IMG/VR virus record: IMGVR_UViG_3300046522_000750
Length of the DNA: 64,000 nucleotides
From: a virus
Lineage: Duplodnaviria > Heunggongvirae > Uroviricota > Caudoviricetes
Reading direction: 5' to 3' (one strand)
The notes beneath the pieces are model-generated. The model had not been told where the DNA came from. It saw only the letters and a program-made list of their open reading frames with translations, and made no database searches. This document shows positions 10,297 to 19,387 of the stretch, piece after piece. Each line of letters begins with the position of its first letter. The first letter of the stretch is position 1. The translations under genes and the position numbers were made by a program.

Positions 10297-11043
10297 GTGA
10301 AATTGATCCCGCTCGCCTATGCGATCATGTTTTCGTTATTTGCAATTCCAGTCACCCATGCCGATCCAAAGAAACCCGCACCGGTCACCCCGAAAAAGCC
10401 TGTGGTTGTTGCTCAACAGCCGGTAAAACCCGCTGAGCAAAAAGCGCCAGAGCCGAAGCCGATTTGTGGCGTGATTGCCGGCCACCACTTCAGCATCCCG
10501 GTTGAGTACACCTCGGCTGGCGCCATCTTTGATGCAGACATCGCCGGCGAAGGTTGTAATCACCCACTGATCATGGCCGGCGTCTATCTGAATATTCAGA
10601 ACCTGGATCCTTCGAATAGCCTGGGTCTGTCTGGCATGCAGTCCACGTACTTAATCGTAGGGGGCATCCAGCGCCCGTATGAGCTCGGTGCGCGCAAAGC
10701 CATAGACGGCGACATCATTCAGCGCGAATTGGCCAGGCAGACGAACCAGGAGGTTTCTGTGTCCTCTGTCAGTCGAGCGCTGGGTAAGATCAATGACGGG
10801 TACTACTACGGTCACGAATACACCTACGCCCTTGACCCTGACACCGGAAAGATGGCGCCGTACAAGGTCTGCAAGACTTACCACCGAGAAGATCCGGCAC
10901 CCGAGGCCTGCGAGTACTTGTTCAAGGATGAAAAGCTGGGGCTGGCGTTTCGCGTAGGCTTCAACCCTGACGTCAACATGGATTACGGACAAGTGCGCAC
11001 CCAGGCCCTTAAAGCCATCGCCCTACTTACCGCGAAAGGCTAG
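10297..11043 (+). CDS. secreted protein with Pro/Lys-rich linker
   Basis: Signal peptide MKLIPLAYAIMFSLFAIPVTHA|DP, then PKKPAPVTPKKPVVVAQQPVKPAEQKAPEP linker; lies directly upstream of the family B array on the same strand. Confidence 0.65.
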   Translation: MKLIPLAYAIMFSLFAIPVTHADPKKPAPVTPKKPVVVAQQPVKPAEQKAPEPKPICGVIAGHHFSIPVEYTSAGAIFDADIAGEGCNHPLIMAGVYLNIQNLDPSNSLGLSGMQSTYLIVGGIQRPYELGARKAIDGDIIQRELARQTNQEVSVSSVSRALGKINDGYYYGHEYTYALDPDTGKMAPYKVCKTYHREDPAPEACEYLFKDEKLGLAFRVGFNPDVNMDYGQVRTQALKAIALLTAKG

Positions 11044-11179
11044 TCGATAGCCAGACTCCTCGACACCAAGTGCTTGGCCATCGCGCTGAGCGCTTGAAAA
11101 CGCGACTTTTCAGGCTTATCCGGTGCTTGGCTAGCCGGATTCGCCTCGGCCATACTGTCCTCAACGATGAGGACTGCAC

Positions 11180-11551
11180 ATGAACCTGGTAGAAAAAGGC
11201 ATACTGAACGGCGAAATCCCTTTTGGTGATTTGAGCCCGGCTGAGCGCACGAGCATTCTCCAGTCCCTGACCACCGGGCAATTGAAACCTCAACCAGGTG
11301 TCGAACAAAACCACATCTTGGGCCTACTGCTCAGCGGATTTTTCAAGCCAGGAAGCTCAGATTACCGCCAGGCAACCGGAATACTTAAGCGCTGGCATAG
11401 CGCCGACGATGTAGCGCCACAGGTCTCCAACAAACACGGTGCAAAGATGTTCTCCGAGATATTCGGAATCAAGACCGCCGAATCCCTTCTGCCATCTGAT
11501 CTATTCTTGCAGGCCAAAGGACAACTTCTGGAAGATGCCTTGGGGCTATGA
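11180..11551 (+). CDS. LGL-tail family B paralog B1 (short form, 123 aa)
   Basis: C-term EIFGIKTAESLLPSDLFLQAKGQLLEDALGL; stop overlaps start of B2. Confidence 0.7.
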   Translation: MNLVEKGILNGEIPFGDLSPAERTSILQSLTTGQLKPQPGVEQNHILGLLLSGFFKPGSSDYRQATGILKRWHSADDVAPQVSNKHGAKMFSEIFGIKTAESLLPSDLFLQAKGQLLEDALGL

Positions 11552-12132
11552 TGAGCGAAGCCAAAAACACTGAGACAAAACCTTACCTGGAAATGAGCGT
11601 GCAAGAACGCCGTATATGGATCCGTGGACTCATGGAAGACGGAACGTATCCCTACCAAAAGAACATCTCCGTCGAAGACATAATTGAGAACGGTCTGACG
11701 TACAGGGATCCGGAATGGGACTACTACCGATATCGCGTCCAATTGGAAGGCGTCGATCCAGCCCTGGCGGCCAAGTATGTGCAGACCTGCAACAGTGCTC
11801 GTTTTTTCATGGACGCCTATGGGCTTGAGCGATCAAAGCCGTACTTGTCGAGCTACCTTTGGATCTATGCGTACCATAGCTCAGTCGGAAAATTCGAGAA
11901 TAACGCACAAACCAAGCGTGACATTGGCCTGCTCATTGCTGACAGAGGGGCAGACCTTGTCTGTGAGGAAATCAGGAGTCGAAACCCTGCGGAGATTAAT
12001 ATAATGATGCTTCTCAAGCACTGGGGAGAAAGTTTCGTCGATATCCTCGGACACAAAGCCGTTTCCGGATTGCCGCCTGCGCTGGCCAACAAAATCAAAG
12101 GCGTGTCTCTCGAAGAGGCATTAGGCCTGTGA
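11548..12132 (+). CDS. LGL-tail family B paralog B2 (194 aa)
   Basis: Family motifs ERRIWIRGLMEDGTYP, YYRYR.QLE..DPA, ARFF..AYGLERSKPYLSS..W; tail KGVSLEEALGL. Confidence 0.8.
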   Translation: MMSEAKNTETKPYLEMSVQERRIWIRGLMEDGTYPYQKNISVEDIIENGLTYRDPEWDYYRYRVQLEGVDPALAAKYVQTCNSARFFMDAYGLERSKPYLSSYLWIYAYHSSVGKFENNAQTKRDIGLLIADRGADLVCEEIRSRNPAEINIMMLLKHWGESFVDILGHKAVSGLPPALANKIKGVSLEEALGL

Positions 12133-12710
12133 TGGAAAATTCTACTCATCTAACCGAAAAGCCATTCCTGAGCCTGACCATGGCTGAGCGCCGAGAATAC
12201 ATTCGCGGATTGATGCTCGATGGTTCCTATCCCAACGATGAATCCATGAGTGTTCGCAAAATCGTGGACAATGGCATGGAGTGTCGAGAAGTCGAGCGCG
12301 ATTATTACCGATTCCGCATTCAGCTCGAAAACATCGATCCGGCAGTGTCCGCACCCGAGATCAAGACCAATCAGGCCCGATTCTTCCTTGAAGCCTACGG
12401 ACTTGAGCGCGCCAGCCCGTTTCTCTCCAGCTATACATGGATCTGTGCTTGCTCCAATTTAAGGAACAAATCTTCTGCGAGTCCTCAGACAACACAGCAC
12501 ATAAAGATGATCTTGGTGAAGCGTGGCGCTGACAAGGTCTGCGAAGAAGTCAGAAACCGTACGCCGGAACAGATCAAGCGCATGAATTTCTCTGCACTTT
12601 GGGGGCAAAATTTCATCGAGATTTTTGGCCTGAAGGCTCTTAATGGATTGCCGCCCGAGATGGCCAGTCGCTTCAAGGCTCGACACCTTGAGAGTGCCAT
12701 GGGCCTTTGA
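12129..12710 (+). CDS. LGL-tail family B paralog B3 (193 aa)
   Basis: Same motif set; tail KARHLESAMGL; start overlaps B2 stop (GTGATG). Confidence 0.8.
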   Translation: MMENSTHLTEKPFLSLTMAERREYIRGLMLDGSYPNDESMSVRKIVDNGMECREVERDYYRFRIQLENIDPAVSAPEIKTNQARFFLEAYGLERASPFLSSYTWICACSNLRNKSSASPQTTQHIKMILVKRGADKVCEEVRNRTPEQIKRMNFSALWGQNFIEIFGLKALNGLPPEMASRFKARHLESAMGL

Positions 12711-12728
12711 CGACCACCGGAGAAGACA

Positions 12729-13322
12729 ATGTCCCCAGAGCAGCTAGAAAAATTTAACGAGAAACGACTCAGGGAAGAGGCGTTGGCCGAATCCTTCAGC
12801 GCCCTGCCCCCGGACGAACGCGAGTTCTTTGTCCGCGAGCAGATCAGGCGAGGCGAGTACGCCAGCGACTCAAAGCTGAGCATCCAGGACATCCTGAATC
12901 TGGTCGATATTTATGGCGAATGGGAGCCTGAATATTATCGCTACCGGATGGCACTTGAAGCCATCGACCCAGCGATTGTGGAACAGGATATTCACAGTAA
13001 GGATGAAGCCAGAATCTTCGTCGAATCCTATGGCCATGAGCGCGCCAAACCATTTTTGCCAAGCCGGCTTTGGCTCGAAGCCTACAATGACGGCAGCACA
13101 AAGATTGAAACGCGCCACAACATCAAGTACATCCTGGAGTGCCGTGGGCCTGAGAAAATTGCAGCGGAAGTCTACAAGGAAATGTCGGTCTCACTCAAAA
13201 GCGATGAGCGTTTGGGCCGAATCATCATCCATATTTTTGGGATCAAAGCGGCTACGTTTTTTCCAGCCGAGCTGGCGCGTAAGCTCAAAGGGCAGCACGT
13301 GGAAGACGCACTGGGTCTGTGA
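12729..13322 (+). CDS. LGL-tail family B paralog B4 (197 aa)
   Basis: Same motif set; tail KGQHVEDALGL. Confidence 0.8.
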   Translation: MSPEQLEKFNEKRLREEALAESFSALPPDEREFFVREQIRRGEYASDSKLSIQDILNLVDIYGEWEPEYYRYRMALEAIDPAIVEQDIHSKDEARIFVESYGHERAKPFLPSRLWLEAYNDGSTKIETRHNIKYILECRGPEKIAAEVYKEMSVSLKSDERLGRIIIHIFGIKAATFFPAELARKLKGQHVEDALGL

Positions 13323-13361
13323 CTACCAATTAGGTCATGCAGGCCCTCTGAGCGCCTCAGA

Positions 13362-13712
13362 TCAAAGCAACGGATTTTCTAGCACGTACTGGCGCAGTCG
13401 AATCTTAACGCCGTCTTGGTAGCTACGTGGGGCCCCAGCATCGGCCATGGCGAACTCGATGGCATCAATAGTCTTGAAGTCGTACCAGCCGGCCTTGCGA
13501 GCGGCTTCAACAAAGCTTGGCCACTCGACTTCTACGCCGCGTGCCTGGAGCTGATCCAGAGCGTTTTCCAGCGATAAGCCATGAGTGTCTTTGAGTTCGA
13601 ACAGACGGGATCCTGGGAAGTGCATGTGGACTGGCCTCGTGGCAGTGGTCTGGATTGGCAATACTCGCAAAATGTTTGTTACCTTACAAGGCTGATATCT
13701 GCGGAATGCCAA
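13362..13712 (-). CDS. hypothetical protein on opposite strand inside the B array (probably shorter, from internal Met)
   Basis: ORF between B4 and B5; no family motifs. Confidence 0.3.
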   Translation of the reverse strand: MAFRRYQPCKVTNILRVLPIQTTATRPVHMHFPGSRLFELKDTHGLSLENALDQLQARGVEVEWPSFVEAARKAGWYDFKTIDAIEFAMADAGAPRSYQDGVKIRLRQYVLENPLL

Positions 13713-13782
13713 GGAAAGCTAGGCCGGCAAGCCGGAATAGACGACTTCTCTCGCCAATACACTTTGAGCATTCGCCGAACCC

Positions 13783-14379
13783 ATGAAACGACCGAAGAAA
13801 ATGGCCGATCTTACCGCCGAAGAATTCAGGAATTACGATGGCAAGCGAATACACAACGCACCACTCACATTCCAGGTTTTCGATTCAGATCAACGGCGAG
13901 CATGGGTAAAGGCCGAGCTTAGATCTGGCGATTACGCCGTGGAGAAAAAACTGTCCGCTCGCGACATTTTGTCTTTTGGCTCAGGCCTATTTCAGTGGTG
14001 TCCGGAATACTTTCTCTACCTGATTTTGCTTGCTCGCCATGATCCAGCGGAGGCAGAGGCGCACATTACGAACAATAACCGCGCCATCTTCTTCCTGCGG
14101 GCGTATGGGCTCGAACGAGCAAAGTCATTTGTCTCCAGCCAACAATGGCTGATGGCCATCGACTATTTTATCGGTACGGCCTTCGACAAAAAGACACGAC
14201 ATCAGATAAAGCTTCTTTTGAAGGAGCGCAGAGCCGAGCAGATTGCCCCACTGATCGACGGCATGACCGCAGGCCTCCACTTTCTGGATATTTTTGGCAT
14301 TGAGGCCCTTCCACTGCTGACCCACGACCTGGCAAAGCAGATCAAGGGCCGTCATCTTGAAAGCAAACTAGGTTTGTAA
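13783..14379 (+). CDS. LGL-tail family B paralog B5 (198 aa)
   Basis: Motifs DQRRAWVKAELRSGDYA, YFLYLILLARHDPAEAEAHI, FFLRAYGLERAKSFVSSQQW; tail KGRHLESKLGL. Confidence 0.8.
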   Translation: MKRPKKMADLTAEEFRNYDGKRIHNAPLTFQVFDSDQRRAWVKAELRSGDYAVEKKLSARDILSFGSGLFQWCPEYFLYLILLARHDPAEAEAHITNNNRAIFFLRAYGLERAKSFVSSQQWLMAIDYFIGTAFDKKTRHQIKLLLKERRAEQIAPLIDGMTAGLHFLDIFGIEALPLLTHDLAKQIKGRHLESKLGL

Positions 14380-14953
14380 TGACCATTACGCACGAAGACT
14401 GCTTGAAATACGACAGGAAATACATCTATAACCGGCCTCTAAATTTCGCCGACCTAAGCGCTGCTGAACGACACGCATGGGTCGATACCGAGCTGAGAGC
14501 CGGTGATTATGCGGACGTAAAAGGACTGCCTCTCGAGTATGTGTTGGCTTTCGGGGCCACCACCAATGAATGGTATCCTGAGTACTATCTGTATCTCATT
14601 TTATTGTCGGGATTTGATCCTGCTCAAACCGCGCCACACATTACGCGGGCAATCAGGGCAGTGTTTTTTATACTGGCCTATGGCGTCGAGTTGGCGCTCC
14701 CTATGTATCCACCAGTGTATGGCTTGAAGCAATGAGGGAGCCCCCCTTCACCCCAGAAGAGATAAAAGCGAGGGACATGATCGAGCTTCTGCTGAAACGT
14801 CGTGGTGTAGACCTCGTCGCCCCCTTCATCACGGACAAAGACACCGGCGAAATCTTTGTCGAGGTTTTTGGTGTCAAATCGCTTACTTTGCTGCCCGATG
14901 ACATCGCAAATCAGGTCAAGGGTCGACTACTTGAGGCGGAATTGGGTCTGTGA
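14379..14953 (+). pseudogene. family B paralog B6, frameshifted
   Basis: N-terminal part (14379-14735, ...AVFFILAYGVELALPMYPP) and C-terminal part (14732-14953, ...KGRLLEAELGL) are homologous to intact B members but lie in different frames. Confidence 0.65.
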
Positions 14954-15490
14954 GCCCCATAATGAAAATGAATGAAGAAAATATTGAGAGCATTGAAGCC
15001 AAGCTTTACGAAGGAAACCCGTTTCCTGGCAAGCCTGCCGACTTCCGTCATCGCAGCTACACGGCGCGTCGGGAGTGGGTTTTGAATGAGATGGCTCGTG
15101 GAGATTTTGAGAGAGAAAAAAGCCTAGGCGTTGAAGAGGTTATTTTCTTTTGTTGCACTTACGGGCCCAGTTCCCCAATGCACTTCATGTTCCGATCTTT
15201 GCTGTAACGATTTGAGCCTGAAGAGGCCGCCAGGCACGTGAAAATAAACATGCACGCGATCAGCTTTTTCCAGGCCTTTGGCTTAGAGCGTTCAAAACCA
15301 TTCGTGTCCAATGAAATTTGGCTGACGGTCTTTGCACATAACGCATTGATGAAGCCTGACAAGGTCGATCTGGACGGCATAAGGCTTCTTATTGAAAGCC
15401 GTGGTGATGAACAAATTGCCAAATTCATAAAAAACAAAGAACAGAGTGCCATTTTCATCGAAATTTTTGGCTTTAATTCGTTCTCTTTAC
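14950..15490 (+). pseudogene. family B paralog B7, 5' portion (in-frame TAA at 15205-15207, then truncated by IS insertion)
   Basis: 14950-15207 and 15238-15490 are one frame and both align to family B (…EPEEAARHVKINMHAISFFQAFGLERSKPFVSNEIW…EIFGFNSFSLP); homology stops at TTAC 15487-15490. Confidence 0.65.
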
Positions 15491-16735
15491 CAACAAAAGC
15501 GCGAAATGCTCCACCCAATTGAGAAAAACAGGAGCCTGCGACTTCATTGACAATTGGCTGGAGATGGACAGCGCAGCGGCGTAGCCGCCATCGCTTGAAA
15601 TTCAAAAAATAGACCTCATAGTCGTTTGCATGACCGATATGAAATCGACCAAAACCCTGAAGATTCGAGTGCGCGACAAGCACGCAGCGCAGCTGCGTGA
15701 ATGGTCTCGTTCGGTGAATTTCGTGTGGAACTATGTGAACGAATTGAGCAGTCGCTCAATTCGCGAGCACGGTCGCTTTCTATCGGCATTCGATATCCAC
15801 AAGTACACCAACGGCGCCAGCAAAGAACTGGGTTTACACAGCCAGACCGTGCAGGGCATCGCCGACGAATACGTAACCCGCCGCAAGCAGTTCAAGAAGC
15901 GCCAGCTGCGCTGGCGCATCTCGGGCGGAGCGAGACGCAGCCTAGGCTGGGTGCCATTCAAAGTCGGTGCGGCGACTTGGAAAAATGGCCAGGTCTGCTT
16001 CAGCAAAGAGTACTTCAAGGTATGGGATAGTTACGGCCTGGCCGATTACAAATTCCGCGCCGGCAGCTTCAACGAAGACTCGCGGGGCCGCTGGTACTTC
16101 AACGTCGTTGTTGAGGTCGACCGAGAGCTATCGCCAGGCCAGGACGCCATCGGCATCGACTTGGGGCTGAAAACCGTTGCCACCTGCAGCGATGGTCACA
16201 AGCTTGAAAACGGACGCTTCTACCGCGATTTAGAGAAGGCGCTGGGCACCGCCCAGCGCGCCGGCAAGAAAGCCCGCGTGCGGGCGATTCACGCCAAGAT
16301 CGCGAACCGTCGAAAGGATGCTTTGCACAAATTCAGCACAGCGCTGGTGAAGCGTTGTGGCTTGATTGTGGTGGGCGATGTCAGCTCACTAAAACTCGCG
16401 AAAACCATGATGGCCAAGTCGGTGATGGATGCCGGCTGGGGCCAATTGAGAACGATGCTGGCCTACAAATGCGATCACGCAGGCATCCTTTTCAAGGTGA
16501 AAAACGAGAGCAACACCACCCAACCCTGCTCGGACTGCAAGAAATTGCCAGATTCGAGGCCGAGAGGTATCGCAGGGGGCTCGGAATAAGAGAATGGACT
16601 TGTAGTGAGTGCGGTGCCACTCACGACCGCGACGTCAATGCCGCCAAGAACATTCTCGCGCTCGGGCAAGAGCGTCCTACAGAGGGAATCCCCTTCCAAA
16701 TCACATGATTTGGTGGGGGTGGATGTCAATACTGC
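15491..16735 (+). mobile_element. IS200/IS605-family TnpB-only insertion sequence (about 1.24 kb) inserted 3' of TTAC
   Basis: Host B7 reading frame is broken after ...ttctctTTAC and resumes at 16736 (cagatctcgcaaaacag = DLAKQ...); element contains tnpB and a subterminal hairpin (GCGGCgtaGCCGC at ~15570). Confidence 0.75.
15630..16708 (+). pseudogene. tnpB: TnpB (IS605 OrfB-type RNA-guided nuclease), apparent -1 frameshift in a G5 run at 16575-16579
   Basis: ORF 15630-16589 (319 aa) carries RuvC-like core (IDLGLKTVATCSDG...) and continues in another frame as GLGIREWTCSECGATHDRDVNAAKNILALG (zinc finger plus RuvC-III) to 16708. Confidence 0.75.
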
Positions 16736-16791
16736 CAGATCTCGCAAAACAGGTAAAGGGACAGCTTCTGGAAGATTCATTGGGACTATGA
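16736..16791 (+). pseudogene. family B paralog B7, 3' fragment displaced by the IS
   Basis: Encodes DLAKQVKGQLLEDSLGL*, the family tail; in-register continuation of ...FSLP at 15490. Confidence 0.65.
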
Positions 16792-16862
16792 ATCGGATCA
16801 TTCGCCAAGCAAAAGCTCCCAGGCTAAAATGAAACGACGCCACTTAGGGAAGCACTCGGCCT

Positions 16863-17441
16863 ATGAAAAACCTCACCAAGCGCCAGCTCGAAGATTACGA
16901 CAACTGCAGAATTAGGCCGCCAGCAGACTACCAAGCCATGGACACCGACCAGCGCCGGGCCTTCGTCCTTCAGGAGATAGAGTCTGGTAAGCACTCCGTG
17001 GAGGAAAGCCTCTCCATTCACGACATTCTGCACTTCAGCGGGCAGACGGGCTGCGAAAGCCCTGAATACTTTCTCTATCGAATCCTCCTTGAGCGAAAAG
17101 ACCCCTCTGAAGTTGAGCAGCACCTGAAGGAAGATCTCGACTACATGCTGTTCTTCGAGCTTTACGGCATCGAGAGCGCCAAGACTCATCTGAAAAGTGC
17201 TCGGCTACTGGATCTCCATCACCTCATCGAATATTACGGTGATGACATCTACGTCAGTGCGAACGACATCGAGCTTATGCTCCACGAGCGAGGCTGTGAA
17301 GCCGTCGCTGCCGAGGTCACGAACAAAAAACTGTGCGAAAGCTACGTCGAGATATTTGGCCTTCAGTCCATCAAGTTTGTGCGAAAAGACGTCGCCAACA
17401 AGTTCAAGGGTGATCGACTAGAAGAGGGTCTCGGCCTATGA
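16863..17441 (+). CDS. LGL-tail family B paralog B8 (192 aa)
   Basis: Motifs DQRRAFVLQEIESGKHS, YFLYRILLERKDPSEVEQHL; tail KGDRLEEGLGL. Confidence 0.8.
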   Translation: MKNLTKRQLEDYDNCRIRPPADYQAMDTDQRRAFVLQEIESGKHSVEESLSIHDILHFSGQTGCESPEYFLYRILLERKDPSEVEQHLKEDLDYMLFFELYGIESAKTHLKSARLLDLHHLIEYYGDDIYVSANDIELMLHERGCEAVAAEVTNKKLCESYVEIFGLQSIKFVRKDVANKFKGDRLEEGLGL

Positions 17442-17502
17442 ATCCGATCAGAGACTAGGTGTTGTAGAATCGATAAGCGTTGTACAAAGAGAGCCAGCTT
17501 CT

Positions 17503-17545
17503 CAGCCCAAAGGCCGGCACCTCGAAGATCAGCTTGGCCTTTGAC
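17503..17545 (+). pseudogene. remnant of a family B gene (tail only)
   Basis: cagcccaaaggccggcacctcgaagatcagcttggcctttga encodes QPKGRHLEDQLGL*, which matches the B10 tail; no upstream ORF. Confidence 0.5.
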
Positions 17546-17616
17546 CGTCGACCAGCTTTCTTGCACCAGCAAGAGCTAGATTTAAACGCAGCCCCGTCAC
17601 CGGAAGTTACGACCTC

Positions 17617-17991
17617 GTGCAAAGAGAACGACCCCAGAAAACAGCTCGCGAGACTCTAGAGGCAAACATCGCCAAGGACGCCGCAACCATCAAGTCTCGC
17701 CTGGGCGCCAGAGACTTTGTATCGAGATGGGGTGTCGATAATTGCAAGCCATACTTAACGGAGGATTTATGGCTTGACGCATACTTATTGGTGAGCAACA
17801 GATCTGAAAAGAGCATGATTGCCGATATCCTGCATTCTCGTGGTGCTGAAAAAACCGCACAAGCCGCAACCACCCAGGAAAAGGGGATGGTGCTGATCGA
17901 GATCTTTGGGATGGGTGCCCACAAGCTCTTGTCCTGGGAGATATCTAACAAGGTCAAAGGCCGTCACCTAGAGAATGAGCTTGGCCTATAG
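17617..17991 (+). CDS. LGL-tail family B paralog B9 (short form, 124 aa)
   Basis: KPYLTEDLWLDAYLL core; tail KGRHLENELGL. Confidence 0.75.
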   Translation: MQRERPQKTARETLEANIAKDAATIKSRLGARDFVSRWGVDNCKPYLTEDLWLDAYLLVSNRSEKSMIADILHSRGAEKTAQAATTQEKGMVLIEIFGMGAHKLLSWEISNKVKGRHLENELGL

Positions 17992-18063
17992 CCTTCGCCT
18001 ACAATTTCTTGCGCCAGCAAGAGCTACGATTTCAGTAGACCAGTGACCAAGTGACAGGAATCC

Positions 18064-18447
18064 ATGCCGAGAACAAAGCCAAAGAAAACAACCAGGCATG
18101 TCTATGGCAACAGCCTCTCCAAAGACATCGCGCACATCTGGACTGGCCACGGAGCGAATATTCTTGCATCAAGATGGGGAGCGGTTAATTCCAGGGCGCA
18201 TCTCAGCGATGACCTGTGGCTGGACGCGTACCTGATCAGCCAATCCAAGGACGACATGGATCAGATGTTGATTATCAGCGAAATCCTCAAATATCGCGGC
18301 GTGGTACAAGTGGCGCAAGCCGCCACTACGACTGAAAAGGGGATGATCGTGATCGAAGTCTTTGGCTTCGAGGCGCACAAGTACCTACCCAGCGATATTT
18401 CCAGACAGGTCAAAGGCCGGCACCTTGAAGATCAGCTGGGCCTATAA
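18064..18447 (+). CDS. LGL-tail family B paralog B10 (short form, 127 aa)
   Basis: Close paralog of B9 (AHLSDDLWLDAYLIS..., VAQAATTTEKGMIVIEVFGFEAHKYLP); tail KGRHLEDQLGL. Confidence 0.75.
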   Translation: MPRTKPKKTTRHVYGNSLSKDIAHIWTGHGANILASRWGAVNSRAHLSDDLWLDAYLISQSKDDMDQMLIISEILKYRGVVQVAQAATTTEKGMIVIEVFGFEAHKYLPSDISRQVKGRHLEDQLGL

Positions 18448-18895
18448 CGCTCCTCAAAATTTCTTGGCCTCAAACCCACCGCTTTTGGCATGTTAGATCG
18501 CGCCAATGGCCCTGTGGCAAACGCAGTGAGACACCCCCGGCCTTTGGTTTACGATCTTCAATGCCCTCCGGCGCGCAGCGACGTCCTCATTTTGGATTTT
18601 CGAAGAAAATCCTACAATTCTTCCATCCTGTACAACCTCGCTTTTCGCTTCTCTACCATGCTTTTTCTACCACCTTAAAATACCTACCATGCCCTTCGTT
18701 GTTGATCTTGCCTCTCTATCACTGCAATCCACCAAAAATTGCGGGCGGTGAATTGTCGTCAAAATAAGCTCTACAACCGCCTCCTTAAAATCCAGGTGAG
18801 AGGTTTATTTTCAGCCTTAGTCACCCAAAAATGAAGGATGTTGACTTTAAGCCAGCTTTCCGTGTCAATATCATAAAAAAGCCGGGAGAAAAGGC

Positions 18896-19249
18896 ATGGA
18901 TAATCGGATTGGTTTGGCGCTCTTGTTCGCTGCTTGCCCGTTGTTCATGGCTGGATGCACTTCGGACATGTTTGTACAGCGCGAAGGTGTCGAGGTATCC
19001 AGGGCTCAGTTCAACAGCTTTGTGCCAAATAAAACCCACTCCTCCGCCGTCAAGGCAGCCCTTGGGTCGCCCTCACGCGTGCAGCGAAAGACTGGTCACG
19101 AGCTATGGATTTACAACTTCAAGCAATACAGCTCGAACCCGCTGGCCATCGATGAACTTAAGTCGCAATCGACCATGTTTGACTTCGACTCGAAAGGTAT
19201 ACTCATCAAGCGCTGGCAGCATGACTTCAAGGACAATGGGCTGGAATAA
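18896..19249 (+). CDS. outer-membrane lipoprotein, SmpA/OmlA (BamE-like) family
   Basis: Lipobox LFMAGC after signal peptide; G.T..QV...LG.P......G...W.Y core typical of BamE. Confidence 0.55.
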   Translation: MDNRIGLALLFAACPLFMAGCTSDMFVQREGVEVSRAQFNSFVPNKTHSSAVKAALGSPSRVQRKTGHELWIYNFKQYSSNPLAIDELKSQSTMFDFDSKGILIKRWQHDFKDNGLE

Positions 19250-19387
19250 TGACCGCCATGCCCTTGCCCTGCACCAATAACTCTTTCGCCTGACCAACCT
19301 GTCAGCCTTTGCCTTGCCTGTGTTTTTGCAGGCAAAAAATGGCAATTTTGGTAATATGTTTGGCATTCACCACGAGATCGACCCGCT

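Noticed and set aside
10336-10992. Minus-strand ORFs 10336-10563 and 10651-10992
   Set aside because: They are antisense to the signal-peptide-bearing gene 10297-11043.
12485-13118. Minus-strand ORFs inside B3 and B4 (12485-12892, 12844-13101, 12870-13118)
   Set aside because: They are shadow ORFs antisense to family B genes.
15159-15683. 174-aa minus-strand ORF
   Set aside because: It spans the IS left junction and is antisense to the B7 remnant and the tnpB 5' end, an artefact ORF.
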